Positions 44,791 to 55,500 are shown, counted from the stretch's first letter. The stretch: DNA of 64,000 bases from Methanobacteriota archaeon (GCA_014239955.1 JAAZXW010000012.1:9617-73616); one strand, 5' to 3'. Translations and numbers: made by a program. The notes: generated from the letters alone by a model not told the origin.

Positions 44791-45654
44791 CTCCACCCTC
44801 TGAGTGACCCTCACTTGGTCTGCCCGAACAGTAAGCGCAACCGGTACAGCCGCTTCGAATAGCTCCACAGTAACCTCTTCCTTGGTTTCGGCAACTCTGG
44901 TCACTCTTGCTGCCTGTCCCCTGAATGCCCCCCCAGAGATCTCGACGATACAGCCTTCCTCAATACCCGAAGTGGCTGCTTTCGGTTCTAGATAGGGGAG
45001 GACGTCCTCAAGAGGAGCCTCTCCACCCAACACCTTGCTGCAGTTCTTTAGAGGGGTTACTCCTACTCCAACTCTTCCAATCAACTTCTGGACGTGGTGC
45101 ATCGCTGTAGCCTCTATGAAGATGAAACCCTTCATGTAGTGTGGACTGAGGACTCCGAAGATCTTGTCTTGGATATCCTGGAGAGAACCAGTCCCAGATA
45201 ATCTTGCCCTGATTTCGCCAGCTACGTTTTGCTCTTGACCGATTGAGGTCTTGAGGATGTACAGGTACGAAGCCACATCGCCGTACATCTCCTTGAGTTG
45301 AGGGGTGGCGTAGTCTTTGGATTGAATCACTCCAGGGTCAACCCATTCACTATTCTTGTATAATGCGCCTGGGCTGATTTCAGTCTCCTCTGTGGCGAAG
45401 AGTATTGGAGTCACGTCATTAAGGCGGTTCCCATAGGCAAGCCCTCTGGCCATTCCGGAGCGAACCAAATTCATCTTTTCCGGGCTTATTCCAGTACACT
45501 CTGCAACTCTTGAGACTACAGAATCGTGGTCATCGGGATCACCTAACCCATAGATTCCATCCCATGCTCCAGGGAAGTCACCGACCTCATCCGATCGTTG
45601 CATCAACAGTACCTTCTCTCCGCTTCGGAGATATACCGTATAAGCTTCTGACAT
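44788..45654 (-). CDS. spt5: Transcription elongation factor Spt5 (NusG) with an in-frame ~122-aa N-terminal Nudix-like domain
   Basis: The C-terminal 165 aa (YLYILKTSIGQEQNVAGEI...KGFIFIEA...GCIVEISGGAFRGQAARVTRV...VTVEL) is NGN plus KOW. The N-terminal EKVLLMQRSDEVGDFPGAWDGIYG...VVSRVAECTGI resembles a Nudix fold with a degenerate Nudix box. An internal Met codon lies at 45286-45288. Confidence 0.85.
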   Translation of the reverse strand: MSEAYTVYLRSGEKVLLMQRSDEVGDFPGAWDGIYGLGDPDDHDSVVSRVAECTGISPEKMNLVRSGMARGLAYGNRLNDVTPILFATEETEISPGALYKNSEWVDPGVIQSKDYATPQLKEMYGDVASYLYILKTSIGQEQNVAGEIRARLSGTGSLQDIQDKIFGVLSPHYMKGFIFIEATAMHHVQKLIGRVGVGVTPLKNCSKVLGGEAPLEDVLPYLEPKAATSGIEEGCIVEISGGAFRGQAARVTRVAETKEEVTVELFEAAVPVALTVRADQVRVTQRVE

Positions 45655-45663
45655 TATTACACC

Positions 45664-45927
45664 TCAGCCTATTAGCCATTGGAAGAATGGAGGGAAAACG
45701 TTGACCATAAGCGCTAGAATAACGAAACCAATCGCCCCAAGCACGAACATTCCAATTCCACAAACTATCACAGTTTGCCTAAATTCTTGCTTTGAGGGCT
45801 TCTTAGCCATCTTAAGAATTCTAGCGTAGGAACCCGTTTGAAGTCCCTTCACACGCCCCTCAATCTCGTCTTGCCAAGACTGCGCAAGCTCTTCAATCGG
45901 ACCTACCTTGGAGTTCTCAACCGCCAT
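45664..45927 (-). CDS. secE: Preprotein translocase subunit SecE (Sec61-gamma)
   Basis: KKPSKQEFRQTVIVCGIGMFVLGAIGFVILALM is the conserved SecE TM region. The ORF could start at 46002, which would add a hydrophobic 25 aa. Confidence 0.8.
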   Translation of the reverse strand: MAVENSKVGPIEELAQSWQDEIEGRVKGLQTGSYARILKMAKKPSKQEFRQTVIVCGIGMFVLGAIGFVILALMVNVFPPFFQWLIG

Positions 45928-46018
45928 GTTACCACCTAGAAGCACCACGGCGACCCACAGATTCCATTTAAGGACGACGGGAAGCAGAAGCCCCATTCCC
46001 ATTCAATTTGAAATGAAA

Positions 46019-47209
46019 CTAACTTACGAATTCCACGGTTCTGTTTCTGAGATTCCTCATCTGTGTATGGAGCGAAGCCCCATGGATCTGCTCGCTCTTA
46101 ACTCCGGTTAGAACCAGAAGGACCCTGATGTCGCTTCCCATCGAATCATCTGTGGTCACCCCCCAAATCATTCTGGCATACGGATTGATACTCTCTCGGA
46201 TTATCTTCGCACATTGCTCGGCTTCTCCGAGAGTCAGTCCCGGACCTCCAACTACGTTTACCAGTGCGCCCCTAGCATCAGAGATGTCGATGTCAAGCAG
46301 AGGTGACTGCAATGCCTCCATGGTTGCCTTCTCCGCACCCTCATCGACAGTCGCCTCACCTAAACCAATCATCGCTACTCCCCCACCGTTCTCCATTACT
46401 GATCGTAGATCCTGGAAGTCAAGATTGACAACTCCTTCCTTCGCGATCATCTCCGAGACTCCAGATATACTCCTCATTAGCAATTCGTCCGCCACTCTGA
46501 ATGCTGCGTCGAGAGGCAGGTCCCTCACTCCCTCAACTTCTAGCAATCTTTCATTGGGGAGGACGATTACTGTATCACATACTTCTCTAAGCCTCTCCAG
46601 GCCCCATTCAGCATTTTGTCTGCGTACAGCCCCTTCGGAAACAAATGGATAACTAACAACTGCAATTGTTAGAGCCTCGGCCGCCTTTGCGAGCCTGGCG
46701 ACGACGTGGGCACTCCCTGTTCCAGTGCCGCCACCGAGGCCCGCGGTGATGAATGCTAGATCGCATTCCTCCACCTCTGTTTTCAGCACACGTTCCGATT
46801 CGTATGCTGCCTGTTCTCCTTTCTCCGGGTCGCCCCCCGCCCCCCTGCCTCGGGCGGAACGACCAATCAGGACCTTGTTCTCCACGCTCACTCTCAACAG
46901 ATGTTGAGCATCGGTGTTTACTGCCATCCCCTTGACATACTCATCATCGAACAATCCCTCTTGCTCTAATCGGGCGACTGTGTTGGATCCGCACCCTCCA
47001 CAACCGAAGACTCGGATCTTTGGTTGAAGGGACTTCAATAGATTCTCCAGATCCGGGACCTTTTCAACTTCCGGTATCATTGGAGATGGTGACCCATCGT
47101 CCTGGAGTTCTAGAACTCTCTCAATAAGGTGCTTCACATTGCTCAGGCGAATTGAATAGAGGATAACCATTGCCCCACTCCAGACTTGAAAGAAGAGGGT
47201 TTTTGCCAT
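46019..47209 (-). CDS. ftsZ: Cell division protein FtsZ
   Basis: GCGGCGSN and GLGGGTGTGSAHVVARLAK (tubulin signature). In the conserved position upstream of secE-spt5. Confidence 0.95.
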   Translation of the reverse strand: MAKTLFFQVWSGAMVILYSIRLSNVKHLIERVLELQDDGSPSPMIPEVEKVPDLENLLKSLQPKIRVFGCGGCGSNTVARLEQEGLFDDEYVKGMAVNTDAQHLLRVSVENKVLIGRSARGRGAGGDPEKGEQAAYESERVLKTEVEECDLAFITAGLGGGTGTGSAHVVARLAKAAEALTIAVVSYPFVSEGAVRRQNAEWGLERLREVCDTVIVLPNERLLEVEGVRDLPLDAAFRVADELLMRSISGVSEMIAKEGVVNLDFQDLRSVMENGGGVAMIGLGEATVDEGAEKATMEALQSPLLDIDISDARGALVNVVGGPGLTLGEAEQCAKIIRESINPYARMIWGVTTDDSMGSDIRVLLVLTGVKSEQIHGASLHTQMRNLRNRTVEFVS

Positions 47210-47225
47210 TCAGCAAAGTTTTCAC

Positions 47226-47903
47226 TTAGGCTATCAGGCCATTTCTTGTTTTGATGAATCTAACTAGGAATGTGTACATCCCTCCCCATGCAGAAATTGC
47301 CAATGCGAATGTCATACCATTCAACTCACCGTTACCCAGCAAGGCCCAATCTGCCAACCAGTGAAACCCTTCGATAGAAACTCCCGAGAGTTCTCCGTGT
47401 GCCTGCCATGCCGTAATAATTAGAGCAACTAGTGTTAGCACCATCCTGTCTGCTCTGGAGAATCCACCGTAAATCCTGCCTAGTCCGACAGATTGAGCTT
47501 GCGTTCCCATGTAAGATCCGAAGAGAGTCAGTAGTCCAGCGACATATCCAGAACTCGCATTGTCCACGAAGTCAGCATTCATCCCAATGGCCACAAGGAT
47601 GCCAACATCTACAATCCTGTCAATTGTGTGATCGAGGAAGTCCCCATACGGGCCATCAGTTCCCTGATGCCTTGCAAGAGCGCCATCTAAGCCATCCAGA
47701 ACTCCTGCTATGAGGATAATCACGACTCCTCCGATGATGCATATCGCCCCATCAGTGTTCCTTTCAGCAGTGATTAACAGATAGAATGCTAGTAGGGAAA
47801 GAGCAAGGCTGGTCCAAGTAAGGGCGCTGGGATCGACTCCCTCCATTCTATAAACCAGTGGCGTAATCGCCTTAGTCCACCTCTCTCTCATCTTTTCGAA
47901 CAT
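47226..47903 (-). CDS. CDP-alcohol phosphatidyltransferase (archaetidyl-lipid headgroup synthase family)
   Basis: DGLDGALARHQGTDGPYGDFLDHTIDRIVD fits D-x2-DG-x2-AR-x8-G-x3-D-x3-D. Multiple TM helices. Confidence 0.85.
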   Translation of the reverse strand: MFEKMRERWTKAITPLVYRMEGVDPSALTWTSLALSLLAFYLLITAERNTDGAICIIGGVVIILIAGVLDGLDGALARHQGTDGPYGDFLDHTIDRIVDVGILVAIGMNADFVDNASSGYVAGLLTLFGSYMGTQAQSVGLGRIYGGFSRADRMVLTLVALIITAWQAHGELSGVSIEGFHWLADWALLGNGELNGMTFALAISAWGGMYTFLVRFIKTRNGLIA

Positions 47904-47904
47904 T

Positions 47905-48447
47905 CTAGGCCTCTCCTATGCCAACCCAGTCAATTGGATTGAGCGGACTCCTTGGCTTGAAGTCATCTGCTATCCATTCCATTATTGCCATGACTATTGA
48001 CTCGGCATCTTCGGAGGATGTGTCAAACTCTATTGTTGGAACTAGATCCCCATTCTCCGCCCATGGCCCACCGAGAATCTCCCAATCGACATTATCTGCG
48101 ATTTTTTGAATGGAGTAAGATCTCTCAATAAGCCTCTCTCGTAACTCAGACGGACGGCATCTCAGAATGACTACACTGTCTACTGGTAGTAAGTGAGAAA
48201 GATGCCCATCAATGATGGTTTTCTCCCCAGGGCCTTCTTTCCACGCAGTTTCCAGTTTGATTAGTAAATCCTCAACATCGATTGGCCTTGCTCCATCCTC
48301 TGGGTCGGCTTCCTCTATACAATCTAATTCTTCAGCAAGGCCCTCTACCGTTTCAATGCAAAAACCAGAATTTCCCAGCAATGACGAAATCGTGGACTTC
48401 CCGGTCCCGGGAGAACCCGTCAACGCCAATCTGAATGCCCCCTCCAT
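47905..48447 (-). CDS. Fap7/AK6-type adenylate kinase (ribosome biogenesis NTPase)
   Basis: P-loop TGSPGTGKSTISSLL, DGHLSHLLP, VILRCRPSELRERL. The ORF opens at 48474, but Met-10 gives the usual N-terminus. Confidence 0.75.
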   Translation of the reverse strand: MEGAFRLALTGSPGTGKSTISSLLGNSGFCIETVEGLAEELDCIEEADPEDGARPIDVEDLLIKLETAWKEGPGEKTIIDGHLSHLLPVDSVVILRCRPSELRERLIERSYSIQKIADNVDWEILGGPWAENGDLVPTIEFDTSSEDAESIVMAIMEWIADDFKPRSPLNPIDWVGIGEA

Positions 48448-48515
48448 GGACTTCCCGCATCGCAAAGACGACAAGAACGCTCCGTGCAGAGGCGCAACAT
48501 TGACCTAGAAAACTG

Positions 48516-49655
48516 ATGCCACGACCGAATATGACAGAGTCGGTGAGCTGGCTGAGAGCAATGGATCCCAGAGACACAAAACTGAACATCTTACTAATTG
48601 CAGTCCCTGCAACAGTCTACTTCAATTATGTAGATCACAATTATTCCATGGCATTCTTCTCTTCATTGGTGGCCATAATGCCACTTGCATTCCTAATGGG
48701 ACGTGCAACCGAGGAAATCGCCCTACGCACCTCTGAGTCTCTTGGCGGGCTACTAAATGCGACGTTTGGAAATGCAGCCGAACTCATTATCGCCATACTG
48801 CTAATCTTACAAGCATCCAATGTTGCCGATGTAGAAACCCAATCATTCTACATCCATCTAGTTCAAGCAAGCCTGATTGGAAGTATTCTTGGGAATCTAC
48901 TGTTGGTCATGGGTCTGGCATTTGTGTGGGGTGGAATCCATCATTCTGAGCAGACGTACTCCGAGACGCAAGTCAGTTCGAATGGGTCACTTCTCCTCCT
49001 CTCAATGATTGTTCTCGTGATCCCCACAGTTTTCCACTCGACCGTGGGAGGGGACGTGGGAGATTCGAGAGTTCAAGATTTGAGCCATATTGCTGCGGTA
49101 ATACTCCTAATGATGTATGGACTCTTCCTCCTTTTCCAATTCCGAACCCACGTGCACCTTTTTGCCACAGACGGCACTCATAACGAGAATCCTGAAATGA
49201 CTCAGCGGGATTCAGTAATACTCCTAGTTGTGGCTACGATAATGGTTTCTTGGATGGCAGAGGTTCTCGTACATTCCGTCGATTCGGCGGCCGCAGACTT
49301 TGGACTGCCACATCTGTTCATCGGAGTAATCCTGCTCCCCCTCTTCGGAAATGCCGCTGAGCACTTTACCGCCGTCTCAGTTGCTGCCAAGGACAAGATG
49401 GATCTGTCCTTCGCAATTTCAATGGGTTCATCGACCCAGATAGCAGTCTTCGTAGCCCCACTAATGGTTGTCTTCGCATGGGTAGTCGGTGTCCCATTGA
49501 CCTTCGAATTTGGAATGCTTGAGACAGTCTCTGCATTCCTAGCTGTAATGATCGTCAATTCCACTGCAGCAGATGGAAAGTCAAACTGGTTGGAGGGAGC
49601 AATGCTATTGTCAGCATACGCTGTTCTTGGAGCTGCTTTCCTATTCCATCCGTGA
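48516..49655 (+). CDS. Ca2+/H+ antiporter (CaCA/CAX family)
   Basis: Two alpha-repeats, GNAAELIIAI and GNAAEHFTAV. About 11 TM helices. Confidence 0.85.
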   Translation: MPRPNMTESVSWLRAMDPRDTKLNILLIAVPATVYFNYVDHNYSMAFFSSLVAIMPLAFLMGRATEEIALRTSESLGGLLNATFGNAAELIIAILLILQASNVADVETQSFYIHLVQASLIGSILGNLLLVMGLAFVWGGIHHSEQTYSETQVSSNGSLLLLSMIVLVIPTVFHSTVGGDVGDSRVQDLSHIAAVILLMMYGLFLLFQFRTHVHLFATDGTHNENPEMTQRDSVILLVVATIMVSWMAEVLVHSVDSAAADFGLPHLFIGVILLPLFGNAAEHFTAVSVAAKDKMDLSFAISMGSSTQIAVFVAPLMVVFAWVVGVPLTFEFGMLETVSAFLAVMIVNSTAADGKSNWLEGAMLLSAYAVLGAAFLFHP

Positions 49656-49656
49656 A

Positions 49657-50910
49657 CTACAACCCGCGATAGTATTCTTCGACAGAGGATTCCAATTCAC
49701 GGGATGCTCCTGCCTCATCCACAGTCAAGGTCACCCCATCTCTGCGTATAGCTTCCCCAGCCACGAAAACATCCAGAACTCTTGCCCCTGAGTATATTAG
49801 GTTGGGCAACAGCCTCCTCCCGTCCCTCCCCCATGGTCTCATTCTGATATCAGACAAATCCCAAGAAACCCAATCCTCAGATCCTTTGGTTGCTAGGGAC
49901 CACGTCTCTTCCGGTCCGAGAATCCTAGCATCCCAGTGATCATGTCTCTGGACCAGACTAGCTGCCTTTGCCTCAGACCTCATATCCAGCGAGTTATTAC
50001 TGGCCGCACCATCTGTGCCAAGCCTGACATCAACACCTGCATCCATCATAGCAGGATAGGACATGGTGCCACCGCAAGCAAGCTTCTGATTGCTCGTGGG
50101 GCAGTGAACTGCATGCGCTCCATGACCAGAAAGAATCCTCATCTCCTTTTTGGTAACCCACCCACAATGGGCACAAACCGTCCCCTCGGTGAAGTAATCA
50201 ATTGAGTCCAAGTACTCTATAGGGTACATTCCGTGTTTTGCATGGCATTCCGCAACCTCACCTCTCGTTTCGGATGTGTGGATGCTAAGTGTGCAACCAG
50301 TTTTTCGAGACAGCTCGGATGCCTTTTGCAAAGTTTCCTCTGAACAGGTGTATACCGAATGAGTCCCTATTCCATAATCTATTTTCTTTGGCACAGGAGA
50401 ACCCCCGGCAAGCAAACCTTCGATTTTCTTTAGTGCCTGTCCGGCCCCTTCGGGATAGGATGGTGTGGGAAAATCTGTTATCGGGCCGCAAATCTTTGCT
50501 CTGATTCCACTGTCAGCAACCACTCTTCCAACAACCTCGGGGTGATAATACATGTCGCAAGCAAATGTTGTACCAGTCGCGATCATTTCTGCAACGGCAG
50601 CCCTAGTCCCACTCTCGACGAGCTCCTCCGAGAGGTTTCTCTCTGCTGGGAAAATTGAGGTCTCTAGCCATTCCATCAGGGGTAATCCCTCGCCTATTGA
50701 CTTGTTTAGAACCATGGCCATGTGGGTATGCCAGTTCTGAAATGATCTGGTCACAAGTCGCATCGAACCGTCAATGACTTCCAGGACGTCCTCGTCTCCT
50801 TTGCTAGATGAGAAAGACCCATCTTCATGGAGGAGGAAGTCCCCCTTGTGCACCAACATGTCGTCATCGAGCAACCAAGTATCTGTCACTCTCCTGGTTC
50901 CGGAGTCCAT
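49657..50910 (-). CDS. mtaD: 5-methylthioadenosine/S-adenosylhomocysteine deaminase (amidohydrolase)
   Basis: NWHTHMAM, GLPLMEWLE, HTSETRGEV, HCPTSNQKLACG, LGTDGAASNNSLDM. Confidence 0.8.
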   Translation of the reverse strand: MDSGTRRVTDTWLLDDDMLVHKGDFLLHEDGSFSSSKGDEDVLEVIDGSMRLVTRSFQNWHTHMAMVLNKSIGEGLPLMEWLETSIFPAERNLSEELVESGTRAAVAEMIATGTTFACDMYYHPEVVGRVVADSGIRAKICGPITDFPTPSYPEGAGQALKKIEGLLAGGSPVPKKIDYGIGTHSVYTCSEETLQKASELSRKTGCTLSIHTSETRGEVAECHAKHGMYPIEYLDSIDYFTEGTVCAHCGWVTKKEMRILSGHGAHAVHCPTSNQKLACGGTMSYPAMMDAGVDVRLGTDGAASNNSLDMRSEAKAASLVQRHDHWDARILGPEETWSLATKGSEDWVSWDLSDIRMRPWGRDGRRLLPNLIYSGARVLDVFVAGEAIRRDGVTLTVDEAGASRELESSVEEYYRGL

Positions 50911-50929
50911 GCCAGCGCCTCTATTCTAA

Positions 50930-51529
50930 CTACTCGCATACAGCATTTAGTACGCTAATGGTTTCTCCTTCGGAGTTCTTCATCCATGCATCAATGATAT
51001 CGCCGGGCTTCATCTGACCGACTCCCTGGGGGGTTCCTGTCCATACCAGATCCCCTGGCTCGAGATCATACCAGTTAGTGAGATGGGACATCAGAGAATC
51101 TATCGGATGCACCATCAACTTGGTTGAGGCCCTCTGCCTCGTTTCCCCATTTACAGACAGGCAAATCTCAACATCTCGTCCATCCCAATCAGACCACGTT
51201 CCAAGGACTCCAGAGCCTCTGAAACCCTTGCCCTCTAACCACGGCCAACCTTCCTTCTTGGCCATCGTTTGGCGCGTTCTATTTGTGGTATCTATTCCCA
51301 CACACATCTGGATTGGGGACAAATCGTCACCTATCCTGAAGACCATCTCAACCTCGTGGTCAATATGCTCGTCTGGCTCGAGAAGGGTAACAACATTTGC
51401 TCCTTCAGTGGAAGCCTCTACCATGGCCGATGGAGGCATAAGGAAGAAACGAGGGTAATCGGTCACATCCCCAAGAATCTCCTGTGCATGCCCGGCGTAG
51501 TTCCTGAAGACCCCCCATCCAACTCCCAT
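50930..51529 (-). CDS. Fumarylacetoacetate hydrolase (FAH) family protein
   Basis: FFLMPPSA, HEVEMVFRIG, VGIDTTNR, GKGFRGSG, LEPGDLVWTGTPQGVG. The ORF extends to 51763, but that N-terminus is low-complexity and overlaps the divergent dnaJ start. Met at 51529 (or 51583) is preferred. Confidence 0.75.
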   Translation of the reverse strand: MGVGWGVFRNYAGHAQEILGDVTDYPRFFLMPPSAMVEASTEGANVVTLLEPDEHIDHEVEMVFRIGDDLSPIQMCVGIDTTNRTRQTMAKKEGWPWLEGKGFRGSGVLGTWSDWDGRDVEICLSVNGETRQRASTKLMVHPIDSLMSHLTNWYDLEPGDLVWTGTPQGVGQMKPGDIIDAWMKNSEGETISVLNAVCE

Positions 51530-51587
51530 GGCACCCCCAGCAAGGCACTGATGATTAGCACACCGGTGGCTGCACCTTCTCATCAGG

Positions 51588-52571
51588 TTGAAGGACAATG
51601 CCCATCGGAGTACTCCTGTGCCCGAAGACCCATATCGAACACTGGATGTCTCAAAGGATGCTTCGGATGCTGAAATAAAGCGAGCGTATCGTAAGCTAGC
51701 CAGACAGTACCATCCAGATAGAAACCCAGGAGACGCCGCGGCAGAGGAGAGATTCAAGGCCATACAATCGGCCTACGACTCTATCGGAACCGCCGAAGGA
51801 AGAAGTCAGCATGATCAGCAGAGACGAATGGAGGAAATGTTCCAAGGGGGCCGCCCCCGTTCTCCATTTGGAGGCGTAGACCTTGGGGATATTTTCTCAC
51901 AATTCATGGGGGGGCGGGGAAGTCAACAAACCGGATTCGAACCTGGATTCGGAGACTCTAGGGGAGGTCCAAGCCCCCGACACAAGGCTTCCAGAGGAGC
52001 CGATATTCAAGCGGGCTTGGATATCTCTCTCGAACAGGCATTAAGTGGCACTGAAGTCAAGTTTAGCCATCGGAGAATGAGAAGGTGTTTGGACTGCGAC
52101 GGCTCAAGCTTCGGGTCATCTAGACGATGTTCAACGTGCCAGGGTTCCGGTGTATCCACAAAAGGTAGTACTATCACAGTAAGAGTCCCTGAAGGAGCTG
52201 AGCATGGTCACTTGCTCCGTCTGAAGGGAATGGGGCACGAGCATCCAGAGGGGGAATCAGGAGACCTTCTAATCACTGTACGACTCGATGCCGCGGAGGG
52301 ACGTCACTGGGAAGAAGGCCGGCTGATCCAAGAAGTCAAACTTCCTTACACTATGCTGGCCCTTGGAGGCAAGGTGAGAATTACAACACCCTCTGGAAAG
52401 AGATTGCAGATCGAGGTTCCTAGTGGGACTAGGATTGGAGATAGAAGACGTCTACAGGGACATGGTCATGCAGGGGGAGCGTTGGACATCGAGTTCACGT
52501 TAGCCGAGCCCGAGAAACTTACCAAGTCACAGATAGAAGCACTTAATTCACTCAAAGATAGTGGCCTGTAA
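51588..52571 (+). CDS. dnaJ: DnaJ-family co-chaperone with a single zinc centre
   Basis: J domain DPYRTLDV...AYRKLARQYHPDRN, a Gly-rich linker, one CLDCDGS...CSTCQGSG pair and a C-terminal substrate-binding domain. Start is TTG 51588 or GTG 51618. Confidence 0.75.
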   Translation: MKDNAHRSTPVPEDPYRTLDVSKDASDAEIKRAYRKLARQYHPDRNPGDAAAEERFKAIQSAYDSIGTAEGRSQHDQQRRMEEMFQGGRPRSPFGGVDLGDIFSQFMGGRGSQQTGFEPGFGDSRGGPSPRHKASRGADIQAGLDISLEQALSGTEVKFSHRRMRRCLDCDGSSFGSSRRCSTCQGSGVSTKGSTITVRVPEGAEHGHLLRLKGMGHEHPEGESGDLLITVRLDAAEGRHWEEGRLIQEVKLPYTMLALGGKVRITTPSGKRLQIEVPSGTRIGDRRRLQGHGHAGGALDIEFTLAEPEKLTKSQIEALNSLKDSGL

Positions 52572-55500
52572 ACGGACACAATCAGTCAAATATTCAATTG
52601 TCCACGATCAGACCGTGAGAGACTTCGGGAGTCTAGCCGATTACTTGATACCACGCCGAAAAAAGATACACTTCACCATAATAGTGGTCTCAATACTAAT
52701 GGTTCCCGGGATAATCGCGTCCTCCGAACCGATTGATATTGAGTCCTATGACATGGAGTCCCCAGAACTCGACGCCAATCAGGTTCTGAGGGAAGAATTC
52801 ACTGCGGCAGGCAACATCTGGGGTTTCGGAATTTTTGTTAGAGATCCATCACACTTCGGAGAACCTGATTCCGATGTAACGATGATCGCCGAATTTCCTG
52901 GTGTGAAGGGGGGGATATCTGAACCGAGGGGGGGAATTCTGAACCTCACTATTCTCAGGGAAATTGACCATGACGCAAGTACATTGAGGGAGAGTGAGAT
53001 CTCAGAATTCTACCTCCCTCTAGCATCTGAGATCTCAGGCGATTCAGCATACGGGATACTGGACTTGGCAACAGAATTTCGCACCTTTATGGCCAACCAG
53101 TCTTCTTTGACTGCTCCTCGAATTAACCCCTACAAGCTTGCTGCGACTCTGGACATTAACGCATCAACCGATCCGGCTCCTACCAACTGGACCAACTGCG
53201 GACAATTGGATTGCCTCTCTTTCGATGACCCAAACGTGACTCAGGACCACATAGACCTAGCAGCGCACAGGATGGCAAATAACAGCAATGGGGCTTTCCT
53301 CAGATTCCTCTCGAATGATCGTGCATTCCTCCCAGATGAGGAGGGTGCTGTAGTGGGCCCGGTAGGCCACCAAGTCTCTTCCAATGGCTCATTGATTTCT
53401 GATAACTGGCAAAGGGGGAGGTGGACAGCTTCAGCAGCTTGGATGATCATCAATTTCGATAGATACGAAATGCAGCAGAATGGTTGGACATTCACATGGA
53501 AAAATGCAAGTTCAGAGTTCGGCTACGAGTGGAATGGACTTGATTTGGAGACAAAGCCAATCCATGACTCAGTTGAGGTTTGTAGACATAGAGAGGAAGT
53601 TGGACAACCTCTGTGTTCTGTCGAGTGGTTGTACCTCTCACTAGAGGAGGACCTCAGAGAGAGTGACGAGATGATCGTCTCCCTCATGTTCGCTGAGTCG
53701 ATAAATGTAGAAATTAACCGAGAGCTAATCTCTAGCGCATTCCTGGTTTTATTGATGGGATTTGCCATATTGTTTCTTCTTTGGGCTAGCCTGAGGAGGG
53801 TCTCGGACGTAGGAATAGTAGCTACTAGCCTTGTCCTATCCCTGGTTTGGATGTACGGATTGATCGGTTGGGCAATTATCCTAGGGAAGTGGTCCGGGAA
53901 TGAGATAATTTTCCGTTCCCAGTTCTCAAATCTCTTACCAATTTTGATCATGGCTCTAGAAATTGACGATAGCCTCCATAGTCTTCACAGATACAAGGAG
54001 GAACGTAGATTGGGGGCCAGTTCTGAACAGGCAGTCCACAAGGCAATTAGCAAGGTCGGACTAGCGATCATGCTCACCTCAGTGACTACCATTGTAGCCT
54101 TCATGGCCAACATGACTTCGAGTATCGCAGCACTCAGATCGTTTGGAATCGAGGCCGGAATCGGTGTATTCTGCGCCTTCTTCCTAACGGGGCTATGGGT
54201 GCCACTAGCTAGACTTGACATCGACCTATGGTTGGAAACTAGGGGGAGGTTGGATGAAGAACGCAAGGACATCATTCACATGATTCCCAGCTCTTGGCTA
54301 TCTTTCGTTTCTACACAGGCAGCAAGATACGCCCCAGTGGTTTTGATAGTTTCACTACTTATCACAGCCCTCGCTACTCCCATCATGCTGTCTTTAGAGG
54401 GTGACTTCCAAGTTGAAGACTTCATAGAAGCAGATTCAGATTTGGCGGTAGGGGTCGGCCTGATCAATGAGCGGTTCAGCGATGAAGGCGAACCCGCTTA
54501 CATCTTGATAGAAGGAAATATTTCCAATCCCCTCGTCTTGGACGCAATTGATGAACTCCGTAGAAACATGAACTCACACGGACCCGGTGACCCGGACCAG
54601 ATTTCTCGAATGCCCAATGGGGACGTGGAGCTTATCGGAATAGATCTGATGCTTTGGTACACTAGAGGTGCAATGGCATGGAATCAGACCCCATTCGAAC
54701 AAGCCGGTTGGGTCTTCGACTCTAACGACGGGGGAATCGGGTGCAAGACCCTCCAAGTTCCCAACAGAGAGATGGAATTTATTTCGATTCCTTCGATTGA
54801 TGACAGCAGGTGCCTCTCTTTCCTTTACGGATTCATGTTGACAAGGGGGGTTCCGGCTAGTGGTGGTTATCCCTCCCTTTCCACCAGTATCGTCGGAGAG
54901 TTCATCCAAGTCGAAGGTGAGATCGATTTCGAAAGACCGTGGTTGACAAAGTCTGGAGAAGACCCTATATTTCCACGAACCTCCCTGCGCTTTGGGATCT
55001 CAAGTCCCGAGCAGTTTGCTCTAGTAGAACCAGCACTGAAACAGTTGGAGGAGGATCTATCCCCAATTCAGAATCTCTCTGTGACGCCAAATCGAGAGAG
55101 AGGAGATTTGCAGTCAGCATTCGCCGACCAGGAACATCCAGTAACATGGGCATTGCCAACCGGTGAGCCTGTGATCAGATTCGTTGCTGCTGACTCTATG
55201 CAGGACGATCTCCAAGACACACTTCTGCTAGGTTTGGTATTCTGCATCATGTCACTATGGTGGGGTTTCCGAGAGGACTCTTCGGCGTTAACTAGGCTGA
55301 AAGATGCATGGGGAGAACCTCTGCAACTGGTCCCAAGAATAGTGCTTAATGTGCTAGCAATGTCGATTATTTCTTACTTCCTAGCAGGGCCCGATTACAC
55401 GATTCTTTTCGCACTACTAACCGTTGTTTTCTCAATCCTCTGGGGTACTAAGCCTCTGGTATTGGCAACGATTACCACTGCTCCAATATTCCTGATGATC

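Noticed and set aside
45928-46002. 25-aa hydrophobic N-terminal extension of SecE
   Set aside because: Archaeal SecE is normally about 60-90 aa with one TM. Met-26 gives a conventional protein. The longer form is kept only as an alternative.
51530-51763. N-terminal 78 aa of the maximal FAH-family ORF
   Set aside because: It is a low-complexity Ser/Ala/Arg/Cys sequence overlapping the divergent dnaJ start. The FAH fold begins after Met at 51529, so the call was trimmed.
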